The notes under the pieces: model-generated
The model's input: the letters and a program-made list of their open reading frames with translations, nothing else
Database searches by the model: none
What the model was told of the DNA's origin: nothing
Origin: Schizochytrium sp. TIO01
Lineage: Eukaryota; Protista; Bigyra: Labyrinthulomycetes
Reading direction: 5' to 3'
Assembly (NCBI GenBank): GCA_004764695.1
Contig: SMSO01000014.1
Location: forward strand, 2,661,648-2,725,647
Length of the DNA: 64,000 bases
Shown here: positions 45,712-57,552 of the stretch, one piece after another
Layout of the letters: the number at the start of each line of letters is the position of its first letter
Position numbering within the stretch: position 1 is the first letter of the stretch
Position numbers and translations under genes: made by a program

Positions 45712-48700
45712 ATGGCTGACCGCAGGAGTTCATCAGCGTCTAAAGATGGTGCCACGACGGCCTCCAAGACAAAAGCTGGTAATGGCAAGGCAACTAGCGC
45801 TATCACTGCAGCTAATGGTCCTCAGGCTAAAACATCAATTCGTAACTTGGAAAGCCCTGCGAGGCCCGCGAGGCTGCTGGATGCGATTCCAGAGGACATT
45901 AGGGCCGAATTGCGGCGAATTCAAGGTCAACACAACTTAAGTTCTGTAATGCACGGGGCCGCATTTGCAGACAATGAAGATCTTGGCTGGTTCGGAAGCC
46001 TCGGAGCACTAATGTTTGAGGGTAGAGATACATTTGAGTCCACAGCCCCTATGCCGTCCGTAATAGCACCTGTGGAGCTCGAAGATTTTCAGGAGTACCT
46101 TGCCAAGAGCAGGGCAGCTCTGCACATTTTTTTAAGAAATCATGACGTAACACCACTCTCAAAGGTGAATGCTGCTGCAAGACGAATTCGACTCAGAGAA
46201 AGGCTTTCTGTGGACGAAACTTCTGCCTCAAGCCCTTCTGGATCTGTCAAACGAACCTTGCAGCTTGCTAAAGGTCTAGCAGCTCTGCAGCAGCAGCAGC
46301 AGCAACAACAACGGCGCGAGCTTGCATCAGGGGGGTCAGATGGGAAGCAGGCTCTGGAAGCCTGCTTCCGCCTGGTGCCGTCAAAATTTTTTGAGTCCAA
46401 AATGGACGTTTCGTTGGAGGATGGAGATAATGACTCACATGCAGCATATCTTATGCATGAAAAGCTGTCTGGATGGCTAGATCAGGTAGAGGTTTGTCTC
46501 TGGAGCCAGACTACATCTCAGGCACATGAGTTCTTTGCAGCATTGAGTGACCTAAGCTCGCTTAGCTCTCAGGTCGCAGGTGCCTGCCAAGAGATCGCGG
46601 CGCTCCGGCGCCATATTCAGGATGCACGGCGAAATGTAGCAGAAAGCAACCTTGCGGTTCTTCATCACAAGAGGAGACGACAGAATGTAACTCGGTTGGA
46701 AACACTTATGTCACAGATTCGCGAGGTCCGTTCGTGTATTCCCACAGTAGAAAAACTCACGCAACTTCATGATTATAGCGGCGCCCTTGCGCTACTGGCA
46801 AATGCAAGACGAGTGCTTCGCACTGATCTGCGCAAAGTGCACAGCTTGCAGACTCTGCAACGCCAAATGACAGATTTTGAGGATATGATTGTGGACCAAC
46901 TGAAAACTCGTTTTGTTGAAGTTGCGGTAAACTTTGAGGTTGATGACGAACGTGAAGATGGAACTGAGTTGGAAGAAGATGCTGCAGTCATGCAACTAAA
47001 GGAGCAACTTATGCCCATCGTTGTTGGTCTCTTCACCGCTTATCAATCCCAGCTCGAGGCAGCAAATGACAAAAAACATAAAGCAAATACTAAGGACAAA
47101 GGTATTGAAGCCATGGAGGGAAAATCTGGCGCAAACCAGTTTGAGAATAAAAATGCGAGTAAACAAGGACAACATGGATCAAATGGATCAGACGCATCGG
47201 CTCAATCCTCGAAAACTTTAATTGGGGTTAATCCAATCATGGGTGCACTAGAGAGCTACCGTGAGGCCGCCATCGCCGAAGTTCGCTCTAGCGTAGAGAA
47301 TGGTGTTGCAATGGCCCTAGCAGAAGTCCAGGCAGAATCTGAGGATGCTGGTCGAGGTGAGGCAGCACCTGTTACCGTTAATCGAAAGCAGCTCATTGAG
47401 ATGAGTCATGCTTCTTTCCTTACTTTTATTGGCCTTGTGTTTGAGAGTTTAACTGTTGTAATGGCCCGAGCAGCTCGCCTTGATAAGGCTCTACGTAAAT
47501 GCATTCAGGAACAAGGTATAGAGAGTGAGAATGTGGTAGAGTCCTCAGGACGAATTCTGGCAAAGGTGTCTGAATTATCGCAGTCTAGTGTTGGTAAGCT
47601 TTATACATTGCGCATGAACTCTTGTATTGATCAGGTTAGCCTCGTGGAATTCAAGCAACTGTATGAAAAGGTCGGCGCTTTTACTGTTCAAGCTGAACGC
47701 CTCACTGGGTTACGTCGGGGCGGTAGTCTTCTGGAAAGTTTACGAGCGCAAGCTCGGCGCTTCCTTACAACAACACACAAGCATGCCATGGATAATTTAC
47801 GTGAAAGCCTTAATAAAGACTTGTGGAAGGCTGTTGAGGTACCTCGTTCTGTCCAAGGTACAGTCCGTCGTCTCTTATCTGGTAATCCGCGAATGGACCG
47901 CCCCCCTATCAACGTCAACGGGGTGCTTGAGGTGGGGAGAGGAACAAAGGCATCAGCTTCTGTGTCTGGATCACGTGGCGCAGGTGCTCTCAACCTGAAC
48001 ATCAATGGTCAACCACACAAGGCAGTCTCAAGCTCACTAAGTCTCTTGCACGCTCTTGAGTCTTACATGTCATGCGCACAGCAATTATCACTTAGTCATG
48101 ACACCTTGGGCTTAACTGTAGAGATCCTACGGCTCTACAATGAGCGGTCTAATCGACTGGTTCTGCATCTTGAGGCTTGCTCTGAGAAAACAGCTGGGCT
48201 TTCTGGAATTACTACCAAAAATCTTGGTATGGCTTCTCAGGCGCTGTCCATTGTTATTTCGCTGGTACCTTGCCTTCGGGCTATTCTTGCTAGTTCTTTG
48301 CCTTCGCGCTCGCGCCATCTGGAGCGGGACAAACGTGATATCCAACTTCAACTTGAACAAGTCTCCTCAGAGTTCGAGCGCCACAGAAAGCGAATCTTTG
48401 ATAAGATTGTCGAGTTATTGACGAGCTTGTTGAATGACTGCTGCAGCGCACAATCTCTGAGCTCCGTAAATTGGGATCACGCGCAGATGGAACAGCCAGA
48501 GCCTTACATGCTCAAACTTACCAAGGGTGTGCGCTCTGTGCATCGGGTCGTGTCTAAAATTCTCCCCCCGGAGCAGTTGCAAGAGGTGTTTGAGATGGTC
48601 TTTCAGGTCTTCAACAAGCGTGTCCCTGAACTCTATGCTGGTGTCCAACCTAAAACTGGGGTGGGCAATGTCAAAGTATATATTGATCTGAATCATCTCT

Positions 48701-50049
48701 CTCGCTGTCTCCACATGCTTCCAGGAACGCATGGCTTGGGTGACGAACTCGATGTTTTTATAAACCAACATTTCCCGCCGACCGCGTCTCAGTCGCGAAC
48801 AAGAGAGCAGGTAGCCTCTGCTGCCGCAGTAGCTAGTGCAAAGGCAGAAAATGCAGCAAAGGCTGACGAGGACTCCGGAAACACAGGCGTTGTTGAGGTA
48901 CCAAAGATGGTTCCGGATGAATCGCAGGGTCTTGGAAATGAAGCAGGATCTGGTGCTGCTTCTGCCAACTCCACTTTCCCCCTTGTTGACGCAGAGAATA
49001 AAGAGATATCTCGAGTAGAAACGACAACACCCACCGAAATAGAAACTATAAACATAGGGGAAACTGAAGAAAGATCAGAAGAAGCAGAAAATGAAACAGA
49101 AGCGGTAGCAGGCGCAGAAGTAGATATGGAGGATCCATATCCTAATGGCACGCAAGAGGTGTCAGAGAGTGACGCTCTGGAAACTGTAAATGACAAGAAA
49201 GAGGTGAAAACAGAGAGTGAAGAGCCGCCTCTGGCTGCGGACGAACCTATTGAAAGTTTACCCGATATTAATGCTGCTGACGAAGCAACGGCTGTCCAAA
49301 GTAATTCATTAGGTGACGCGGAACAAAACAACGCCCTTGTTTCCTATGATCAAGACAAAAACTTGAATAATGAGGAAGATGGGATTTTAGAAGATCAAGA
49401 GCAAAAAGAACCATTCAAGACCAAAATTGAGGTAGCTCATGGAGAGGAGGAAGATCGATTCGAAAACCATGTGGAGGAACCAAACCACGTGGAGGATTTT
49501 CAGAACGACCACGCAGATCAAGCGAACAGTGGTCCCTTTCTTGAGACTGACCCCATGTATGATTTGCCTGGTGAGACCGATTCTCATGAAGAAGACGAAT
49601 CAGACGAAGCTCCTGCTGATCTAATTCGATTGGATGACGACGATGCTCTCATTGAGGCTGAAGACAACGCCATGGCGATTGCTACATCTCTGGATGTGTT
49701 GGACGCACCATTAGATGTTGGAGACGCTTTCGGAAATACGGAGTATCATGAGGGAAATTCGAGTTACCCTGAGGAAGGCAAAGAGGATCACGATCAAGAC
49801 CAAGATCATGTCGAGACCAGAAATAGTCTTGGTTTTGGCGAAGACTCTGAATTGGAGCATCCTGTTGGGGATGGCATAACATCAGAAGGCAACTCCCAGG
49901 ACGCAAAGCTTCAAGAGAACGATTCTGAGTGTGACGGTGAGAGTTCCTTTTTTGACAAGGCAGAAAGCTACCCTATTGGAAATGGGGTTGAGGAGATCAT
50001 GACCAAGACCGCAAAACCAGAGTTTGCCGAAGGAAACATGGCCGATTAA
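45712..50049 (+). CDS. VPS54: GARP complex subunit VPS54-like with long acidic disordered tail
   Basis: HEKLSGWLDQVEVCL...FFAALSDL, SLNKDLWKAVEVP and GLSGITTKNLGMASQALS are Vps54-type motifs; first ATG at 45712. Confidence 0.9.
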   Translation: MADRRSSSASKDGATTASKTKAGNGKATSAITAANGPQAKTSIRNLESPARPARLLDAIPEDIRAELRRIQGQHNLSSVMHGAAFADNEDLGWFGSLGALMFEGRDTFESTAPMPSVIAPVELEDFQEYLAKSRAALHIFLRNHDVTPLSKVNAAARRIRLRERLSVDETSASSPSGSVKRTLQLAKGLAALQQQQQQQQRRELASGGSDGKQALEACFRLVPSKFFESKMDVSLEDGDNDSHAAYLMHEKLSGWLDQVEVCLWSQTTSQAHEFFAALSDLSSLSSQVAGACQEIAALRRHIQDARRNVAESNLAVLHHKRRRQNVTRLETLMSQIREVRSCIPTVEKLTQLHDYSGALALLANARRVLRTDLRKVHSLQTLQRQMTDFEDMIVDQLKTRFVEVAVNFEVDDEREDGTELEEDAAVMQLKEQLMPIVVGLFTAYQSQLEAANDKKHKANTKDKGIEAMEGKSGANQFENKNASKQGQHGSNGSDASAQSSKTLIGVNPIMGALESYREAAIAEVRSSVENGVAMALAEVQAESEDAGRGEAAPVTVNRKQLIEMSHASFLTFIGLVFESLTVVMARAARLDKALRKCIQEQGIESENVVESSGRILAKVSELSQSSVGKLYTLRMNSCIDQVSLVEFKQLYEKVGAFTVQAERLTGLRRGGSLLESLRAQARRFLTTTHKHAMDNLRESLNKDLWKAVEVPRSVQGTVRRLLSGNPRMDRPPINVNGVLEVGRGTKASASVSGSRGAGALNLNINGQPHKAVSSSLSLLHALESYMSCAQQLSLSHDTLGLTVEILRLYNERSNRLVLHLEACSEKTAGLSGITTKNLGMASQALSIVISLVPCLRAILASSLPSRSRHLERDKRDIQLQLEQVSSEFERHRKRIFDKIVELLTSLLNDCCSAQSLSSVNWDHAQMEQPEPYMLKLTKGVRSVHRVVSKILPPEQLQEVFEMVFQVFNKRVPELYAGVQPKTGVGNVKVYIDLNHLSRCLHMLPGTHGLGDELDVFINQHFPPTASQSRTREQVASAAAVASAKAENAAKADEDSGNTGVVEVPKMVPDESQGLGNEAGSGAASANSTFPLVDAENKEISRVETTTPTEIETINIGETEERSEEAENETEAVAGAEVDMEDPYPNGTQEVSESDALETVNDKKEVKTESEEPPLAADEPIESLPDINAADEATAVQSNSLGDAEQNNALVSYDQDKNLNNEEDGILEDQEQKEPFKTKIEVAHGEEEDRFENHVEEPNHVEDFQNDHADQANSGPFLETDPMYDLPGETDSHEEDESDEAPADLIRLDDDDALIEAEDNAMAIATSLDVLDAPLDVGDAFGNTEYHEGNSSYPEEGKEDHDQDQDHVETRNSLGFGEDSELEHPVGDGITSEGNSQDAKLQENDSECDGESSFFDKAESYPIGNGVEEIMTKTAKPEFAEGNMAD

Positions 50050-50800
50050 ACGATCAAACATAGTAGCTGCATTTCTTGATTTCGAATGAGGATGGGAAGA
50101 AATAAATAAAGTAAAGATCATAAAAGTCAGTTCAGAGGTCTTGTATTTTTGCAGGACCTAGAGAATCAGATTTTGCAACATATATGTCTATGTAATGAAG
50201 AACCAAAAATATTAGAAACACAATTTAGCTCTTATTTTCTTGTTATAAGCGATAGAAACAAGACACAAAATAATTTAGAGTTTGGCCATACAATAATCTC
50301 AACTAGAAGAGATCAAAGGATGCAGAGACTGCCAGATGAATAAACACACTTGCGTACACTTAGACTCTTGGTTTTAAAAAACAAAAACAAATTGAGATCA
50401 AGTGCAGACGAGCTATTGACTAGACTCATTCGCTGAAACGGAAGAGCTGATCAATTTCCAAAGCGATTCTTCAACAAATAATTTCTTTCTCTCTTCTCAA
50501 TTCGCTGTTATTGGTCGGTGTTCATCATTGCTAACCCGTATTGGGCTTATACTAAAAATTAGCCAGAGCAGCAACTCCAGGTAGAACTTAGCAAATCTGC
50601 TTACACCAACAATTCATGGGCACACTTATGAGCAACAACCGCTATCCTTTTAAAATACTCAACTCGTAAACCGTTCATATTCTATGGTTGTTCCACAATT
50701 CGTATTTAACCCGCATCGCCACACTGTCAAGGTGAATTCACAAGAGTCTCGCTTGAAACCTTCTGTAAACATTGTAAAAAGCGTATCAAGACCCCAAAAG

Positions 50801-51112
50801 CTACAAGACTTCAGGAATGGCAGAGTCAACATCGAGTCCGGAGTCAACAGAGGCCGCTTCGGCGGCGGCCTTCTGAACGGACTCCGCAACAGTTTCTGCA
50901 TTTTGGGCCGCGTCAGGGCCGCCTGCGACGAGCGTGAAGATGAAATAGGCGACCAGTAAAAGCATGACAAGCAGCATACCTGCCTCCCAATCATCAAGCA
51001 TATACGCACCGCTCCAAAGGCGTAGTAAGTACAGCTTGTGCTTAAGCCACGGCAGCGGCTCCTTGCGACTCCGCTCCATGTAGCGCAACCGGCGGTCAAG
51101 ACCCTGCGTCAT
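50801..51112 (-). CDS. SPTSS: Serine palmitoyltransferase small subunit-like (SPTSSA/B family)
   Basis: KLYLLRLWSGAYMLDDWE followed by a TM helix matches the ssSPT Y(x)nYMLEPWE pattern. Confidence 0.72.
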   Translation of the reverse strand: MTQGLDRRLRYMERSRKEPLPWLKHKLYLLRLWSGAYMLDDWEAGMLLVMLLLVAYFIFTLVAGGPDAAQNAETVAESVQKAAAEAASVDSGLDVDSAIPEVL

Positions 51113-51490
51113 GGCGGCTCCTGAAAGAGAAACTTGACTTGGTGAAGGTCGCGAGGCGAAGGTCTCAGCTCTGGCACAGAGCGCTATCTCTCGTTCGCTT
51201 GTCCGCTGGGTCTCGGACGTTGCTTCGGACAGGCTGTTTTGGGTCTGGTTTCAATAAATTACTTTGGTCCTTATCCTGAAAGGAAGGAAAGAACTTTTTA
51301 CCGCTAAAGCAACACCAAGATGCGAAACTCGGTGCGGCAAATACAACAAACGCTGCTGCAGGAAACCTGGAAAACGCCGCTGGGCAATGAAAACACCTCC
51401 TTCAGTCTCTGTTGGCCACACCCCTCCCTTAAACTATGCCAATCGTGATGTGATGCACATTTTCTTGGTCAGAAAAACAATATTCATCGC

Positions 51491-51802
<312 letters not shown>

Positions 51803-52206
51803 TATAAGTAGAAATAAAGAAATAAGCAATTTGGAGGTACCAGGTTCGCAGGTGTACCCATGAAGTGAACACCTCCACGTGCCTCATAGTAAGACAGAAA
51901 CTCGTGTAATTAATTACCTACACGACATCGAGCCCCAAAGAGATAGCACTGCGGCCATTGACCTTCATCAGCTGCAGCGTGCACTGCTCTCGTGGAACCT
52001 GAAGTGACTCAACGCTACATCGGCGCAAGAATACCTTGAGCACAAAGCAGCAGGCCCCTGGCTTCTTTACATGATAGCAACTGCAGGGTCTTCTGCCAAC
52101 TCTATGTTTCCCGTAGCTGGCCTTAAGGATGGTAGGTGAGGCGGGCCAAGTGGGGTATTCGAAGTGTGTAAATAGACTATAGAGCTGCCAAGTGGGTTAT
52201 AGGGCG

Positions 52207-52272
52207 TATAACTGACTTGCAGAAACCTTATAATCGACTTGCAGAGATCCTATAATTGACTTGCAGAACTCG
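52207..52272. repeat. Three imperfect 22-bp tandem repeats (TATAAYYGACTTGCAGA core)
   Basis: tataactgacttgcagaaacct / tataatcgacttgcagagatcc / tataattgacttgcagaactcg. Confidence 0.85.
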
Positions 52273-53119
52273 CTTGGCAGCGTTTACAAACCGTGCCAAA
52301 GTGAGCGAAGCCGGTGCCGAAGGTGTCGAGGATCCCTTTTGGACGGCATTTAATCCATTTGGATGTAGTAGAAGGCGTATCTGGGTCCATGATCTCATTC
52401 ACTGCTGCTGCGTCACTTGATCGCTGATTTACGTATACAGTGCATGTTGGCTGAAGGCCTCTCACAGGGCGCGTTCTTAAGGTGTTCCAGAGATCGATGT
52501 GGGGTAAACGTTCTTCTAGGATGCGTTCTATTAAAGATTGTGCTGTTTAAGAACAGCGCGAAGGCAAGTTGGAGTGCCTGTGAAGAAAGCAGATGATGTC
52601 CAATGCGCTTACGCTCGCGGCGGATATTCCGCCGCCAGGGCTCTTGTGAAGGGATTGCGAGGGTCCAGAATCCCTCAGCGCTGATCAAAGTAAACCAGCA
52701 TTGCTGGTGCCGTCACACGCCGGGTCCCTGCTGCCTGGCATCAGGCATCGAGCATTTGTTCGAGGAGTGCTGCTTTGCTGTACTTTGCAATACGCTTCAG
52801 TGCTTCGTTCCAAACGCTGGCGCATTCAGAAGCAAATCTTCGAGTGTGAGTATTACTGACGGAGGCCGGGGGGCTACCTCTGTGCTTGCAAACGGGGTTG
52901 CCTGTCTACGTGCAAAAATTTTCAAGTTGCGAGATTTGGGAATTATATATTGTTGTGGTTCATTTCGTCAATTTCGGGGCACTCATTGGACTTGATAATT
53001 TGCTTGCTCATCTTTCCACGAGCTTTGCTGTAGCGCATATCTTTCATCTGGCTTCTTGCTGATTTATTTTGTTTCGCACCAGGACTCTGCGGGCTTTGGA
53101 AGTGGGAGAGTAGTCCATA

Positions 53120-55123
53120 ATGAGCGTGATATTGGTGAGTCAGCCCGCCCAGGCTTTCGTAGGGCTTTCGAATCCATACACGTCTGTAATGCATTTCGTG
53201 TTTGTGGTCTTGCCCCCTGAGGATCCTGATGTGAAGCAAGAGGAGTCTTCAACACCAAAGAAGAATATACAGCTACCAGTGCTGCAGGATGAGAAACCAC
53301 CATTAATGAAATTGCAGACGCAAGAGATCGTAGCCGAGCAGAACGAGGCAGGGTCACAACCGCCAAGGTGCTATTTTGAGGGCCTTGATATCTTGCAAAG
53401 AGGCATTGTGAGACCGGATCGCGAGCGTAGCAAGGATTTTACTATGGAGATAGAGGGCGTCTCGAGTAATGGAGCCAAGGGTCCCACCCCGAACCCAAAT
53501 GGGTGGTGGGGTGACCGAGTACACGTTATTTCTTTGCGGCCATCGAGACGGTTCTGCATTGATGCCAAATCAGATTATAGCAATGACTTCTATGTGAAGT
53601 TTCGGTTCTTGTTTATGAGCGGGGATGCTCCGCACACACCATTGTTTCGAGGCACTGTAACCTCTCGTGATGTTAACTTGCGTTCTAAGAACAAGACCGC
53701 AACAAGCGAACAGTATCAGGCTTTCCGGAGTGGTCAGATTCTCTTTCGTGACCATCTCATGGAGGGAGTACGCCGTGCTCGTGCTCATTTTCAATCATAC
53801 GGGGAAACCCGACCGGCCGTCATGACCGCATTGGCAAACATGCCAGCACTCCCAGATAACACGGATATTTTAGAGAAGTATATGGGCTACGCGACTCGCT
53901 CATCATCTTCGAACGCAAATAATGGAGCGACAGCAGCTCAAAACAAGCATGCTTCCACAACTAACAGTGCTTCATCATCATCAATAAAAACAACAACAAA
54001 TACTACTACAACAACCACGATAACAGCAAAACCTTCGGCAAAATCTTCATCTAACACGTTTTCTACAGGCACTAAAGTTACAAGCTCTGGTTCGGTAAAC
54101 GAAGTTGAACAGAAATTATGCGCACATCGAAAGATTTTTGGAGCCAAAGGTTCCGGAACGAAGACAAATTCTGCTAAATCAGACTCAACTAAAGCCTCTA
54201 CAGCGAGTGACACTGGATCAATGGTATCTGTGACTGAGGGTGGTTCTTCCTCCAATGTGCCGAAACGATTGTCATCTGGATATATGACATCGTCAATGAT
54301 TTCAGGCGACCCAAACCCTTCACCAACATCGGCAGGTTCTATCACATCAGCAATGTCGCCTAACTCAGTGGCATCATCTTCCCCGAATGGGAAGGGATCT
54401 CTTTACAAGGTTGGCACAGCCACTTTTGCTTCCGTAGCAGCCGGGCCGCAAGATACGAGCCGAAACTCTTCTCTTTCGTTATCTTCCACGTCATTATTGG
54501 GAACCTCATCTTCATTCCATGAGCAACTTCAAAAGCTACAACAACAAATCCAGCAGCAGTACCAGCCTCAACACCAGCAACAGTTTCAGCTGCAGTTGCC
54601 AAGGCATTTATCAGAAATGACAAAAGCAGAGCACTCAGCAGCTTCTTTTTTAACTTCATCAGCGGTCTCGGCAAACCAAAAGCGTTCTCGAGCAGTGCGA
54701 ACATCCATGGAGGAGGGCCTGCTAGACGATGCTGATGAGCCAAAGAGAATGCGTCCAACGCTAGATTCATCTAGTACCAATGCGCAAGGACACTTGAATT
54801 CTCAATTGCCAGGATTATCACCAGCACAATCTCAAATGTCACAGCAACATTATCAACTGCTCCAGCAGCAAAAGCAATTGCCCCTGCAACCTCAGTATCG
54901 CCAACATCATCATCAACAACAACAACAGCAACTTCAAGCATTTGCTATGCTGAGTAGTCTTGCTGAAGCATCCACATCCTTAAAGTCGCTGCAACCTGAA
55001 TCAGAAAGTGCATCGTCTCGGATTGCAAGTTTAGAAAGCGAAGTTTGTGAACTTCAAACTGTTGTTCAAACACTGACTGATCGTCTTGACAAACTAGAAA
55101 AAATTATTGCCCAAAAGGGGTGA
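53120..55123 (+). CDS. Putative transcription factor: globular beta-rich N-terminal domain, S/T- and Q-rich regions, basic NLS-like segments and C-terminal coiled coil
   Basis: 667-aa ORF with an in-frame TAG three codons upstream of the ATG; QKRSR...PKRMR; terminal heptads IASLESEVCELQTVVQTLTDRLDKLEKII. CDS well supported, function inferred. Confidence 0.7.
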   Translation: MSVILVSQPAQAFVGLSNPYTSVMHFVFVVLPPEDPDVKQEESSTPKKNIQLPVLQDEKPPLMKLQTQEIVAEQNEAGSQPPRCYFEGLDILQRGIVRPDRERSKDFTMEIEGVSSNGAKGPTPNPNGWWGDRVHVISLRPSRRFCIDAKSDYSNDFYVKFRFLFMSGDAPHTPLFRGTVTSRDVNLRSKNKTATSEQYQAFRSGQILFRDHLMEGVRRARAHFQSYGETRPAVMTALANMPALPDNTDILEKYMGYATRSSSSNANNGATAAQNKHASTTNSASSSSIKTTTNTTTTTTITAKPSAKSSSNTFSTGTKVTSSGSVNEVEQKLCAHRKIFGAKGSGTKTNSAKSDSTKASTASDTGSMVSVTEGGSSSNVPKRLSSGYMTSSMISGDPNPSPTSAGSITSAMSPNSVASSSPNGKGSLYKVGTATFASVAAGPQDTSRNSSLSLSSTSLLGTSSSFHEQLQKLQQQIQQQYQPQHQQQFQLQLPRHLSEMTKAEHSAASFLTSSAVSANQKRSRAVRTSMEEGLLDDADEPKRMRPTLDSSSTNAQGHLNSQLPGLSPAQSQMSQQHYQLLQQQKQLPLQPQYRQHHHQQQQQQLQAFAMLSSLAEASTSLKSLQPESESASSRIASLESEVCELQTVVQTLTDRLDKLEKIIAQKG

Positions 55124-55506
55124 CCTGTCCTGTCTCCACAAGAAAAAAAAAAGTACAACAAAAGAAATGAGCTTCAAACTGATTTGCAAAAATATAGCAA
55201 GCATAAAAATAACAAAAGTTCAATTCTAATCACCCTTGTGATGGACATCTCTTTGTTGCATCTAATGTAATAATGGTCTGCAGGATAAAAAAACTCCCTT
55301 CGAGCTCAACAGTTGAAAGCTTTCATGTTTAATTCTGGCATGTTCTTAATGACACCAGAAAGCAAATCGTTGGGCAGGTCAAAAAGGAAGCGGGCGGGGT
55401 GAGGAATTGCATATCAACTGCAAATTCAAACAGATCATATACAATACGAGAGAAGATATTTGATTTATATAACCGCAGATTTTGCGCAAGATTGGAGAAT
55501 CTTCTT

Positions 55507-56640
55507 TCAATCATCTTCATCTTGTGGCAAAATCTGGCTTGACCGCCGCTTTGTTTTTTCTAGTCGTGAGCCATTGTGAGAAAGTGGGAGCCCGGGGATA
55601 GCCTTGCTAAGACTTTCTTCCGCAATGAGCTGATTTTGAGACTTGAAGCGATGTTTGAGAATCAGAAGGCCGAGCACAATCAATGCGATCAGTGTACAGC
55701 CTACGGCGATTGAAATGATAATAATAACCCAACCTGGAAGACCAGAGGTTAGTGCAGCTGACCCTGTGGGTGCTGAAGTAACTTTTAATTGTAGTGTTGC
55801 ACCAAGATCATCAACATACTCGTTAATAAAATCTTCATAGGCTGAAATTCGGACATAAACTCCGGGGTAACCGGCTTCTGCACAGCCAGCACCAAATGAG
55901 GTTATACCAATTTGAATACTTTCAACATATCCTTCATAAAACATTGGTCCACCACTATCGCCTTGACAACTATCTTCTGTGCCACTCGTGTTCCCAGCAC
56001 AAATCATGTAAGTTGCCTCGAAAAGAACTCCGTAGCTAGTAGAGGAACCACAATAGTCGTCAGAAATAATCTCAATGTCAGCCTCTCTCAAGTTGTCTCG
56101 CTCGGCGTACGTGCCTGCAACACCTTCTTCGAGGACTCCCCAGCCTGCGATAACAACATCGATGCCTGCAATTTCAAGCTCGGATGAAGAATTCCCCAGG
56201 TTTAGTTGGATAGGACTTATATCATAAACGGGTGAGGCCAGTCGAAGCAATGCAATATCATTGGCGTGACTCGTGGATGCATCGTAGTCAGGATGGACGA
56301 TAATTTCATCAATAAGGAAGAGTTCCCCATGGGAACGAGAGACATTTCCAATTCTGACCGAAGCAACATTCGAGATGCAATGTGCTGCTGTAAGAACGAA
56401 ATAAGGCGCAATGAGACTTCCTCCACAAAGGAAACCAGTACCAGACTCTTCTTGCATCAAAGCGGCCATGAACTCGCGTCCATCCTGCGTTGAGAGGTGC
56501 CCTCCAACAATATGAGTGATCACCTGAACAGAGTTCGTCGTTGCATTGGCTGCACTGTCCGCAGAAGTTGCAAGAACAGTGTTCTCGGACCCTATCAAGA
56601 CAAGAGCCGCGAGGCTTACCAGCATCCAAACGTCCATCAT
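55507..56640 (-). CDS. Membrane-anchored trypsin-like (S1A) serine protease
   Basis: Signal peptide, activation site HIVGG, triad motifs TAAHC, DIALL and GDSGGP, S1-pocket Asp (EDSC), C-terminal TM helix WVIIIISIAVGCTLIALIVLGLLIL. Confidence 0.95.
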   Translation of the reverse strand: MMDVWMLVSLAALVLIGSENTVLATSADSAANATTNSVQVITHIVGGHLSTQDGREFMAALMQEESGTGFLCGGSLIAPYFVLTAAHCISNVASVRIGNVSRSHGELFLIDEIIVHPDYDASTSHANDIALLRLASPVYDISPIQLNLGNSSSELEIAGIDVVIAGWGVLEEGVAGTYAERDNLREADIEIISDDYCGSSTSYGVLFEATYMICAGNTSGTEDSCQGDSGGPMFYEGYVESIQIGITSFGAGCAEAGYPGVYVRISAYEDFINEYVDDLGATLQLKVTSAPTGSAALTSGLPGWVIIIISIAVGCTLIALIVLGLLILKHRFKSQNQLIAEESLSKAIPGLPLSHNGSRLEKTKRRSSQILPQDEDD

Positions 56641-57140
56641 GGATGTCCAACGTCACAACCCGACCCCATTCGGAAATGCTAGCCTTAATTCTCTGAGTGA
56701 CACGCGACCGCTGCCAAGAGTTTCTCGTTTTATCTCAGAATCCGCCATCTTGCCGTGCTTTCCTCGCACTTTACTTCTCTACTACTATACAAGTTACTAG
56801 TACCAGCTAACTCCTTTCAAGTCCTCTATTCTTTCAGTGTAAGACCGACGCATTCTCAAACTATACAAAACCTGCGCATTAAAGTACAACTTATCATATA
56901 GCAAAATGAGACGTGGTGTCTAATACTCCGGTGCTGGTAATAAGGTTTTTAGGATGGGAAGAAAAGTGCGAGATCTCTTACGAATCAGCGCTGATTGAGA
57001 TCCTTGATAGGAGACGCATGAGCTTATTGCTGTTCTTCCGTGCTTGGCCCACTTGGTAGGTACGATGCCAGACTCCTGCTGGAAGCATTACATATTTTCT
57101 GATTAGCCGCAGCTTGTGGGGTCTTGATATTTCATCCTTG

Positions 57141-57167
57141 CAGAATCCTTTGATCAGAATCCTTTGA
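57141..57167. repeat. Short tandem duplication CAGAATCCTTTGA x2 (14-bp period)
   Basis: Read directly from the sequence. Confidence 0.8.
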
Positions 57168-57552
57168 CAAGAGTACTGGTATCACTTACTAATACTTCTT
57201 AGGTAAGTGTAAGGCCATGAAAATGTTGTGGTGTTAAAAATTAACTGACATATTGCTGTAGTTCGTGTTAAGACTTCAAGTTGATTTGCGCCATGCATAT
57301 TTTACGGTGAAGCCTGAGCCTATCGAGTGTGCTGATCATGTATCTGTGTGTTTACAAAATTTTCCGAATGTTAAGAAGGTTTCGACGGTATGAACTTATG
57401 AATAGCTGTAGGAGAAAAAAAGTTGACTCACAAGTGCTAAGTTCAAGAAATAATGGTTTACTGGTGGCGATACTAGTCTTTCTTAGCAGCTTTAGTGCAA
57501 ACTACCAAGCATTGCAATGCTTGCCCCAAAGGTGTACGGAAAGTTGATTTAT

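Noticed and set aside
52207-52272. CRISPR-like array
   Set aside because: No unique spacers (repeats are contiguous), no cas genes, eukaryotic context.
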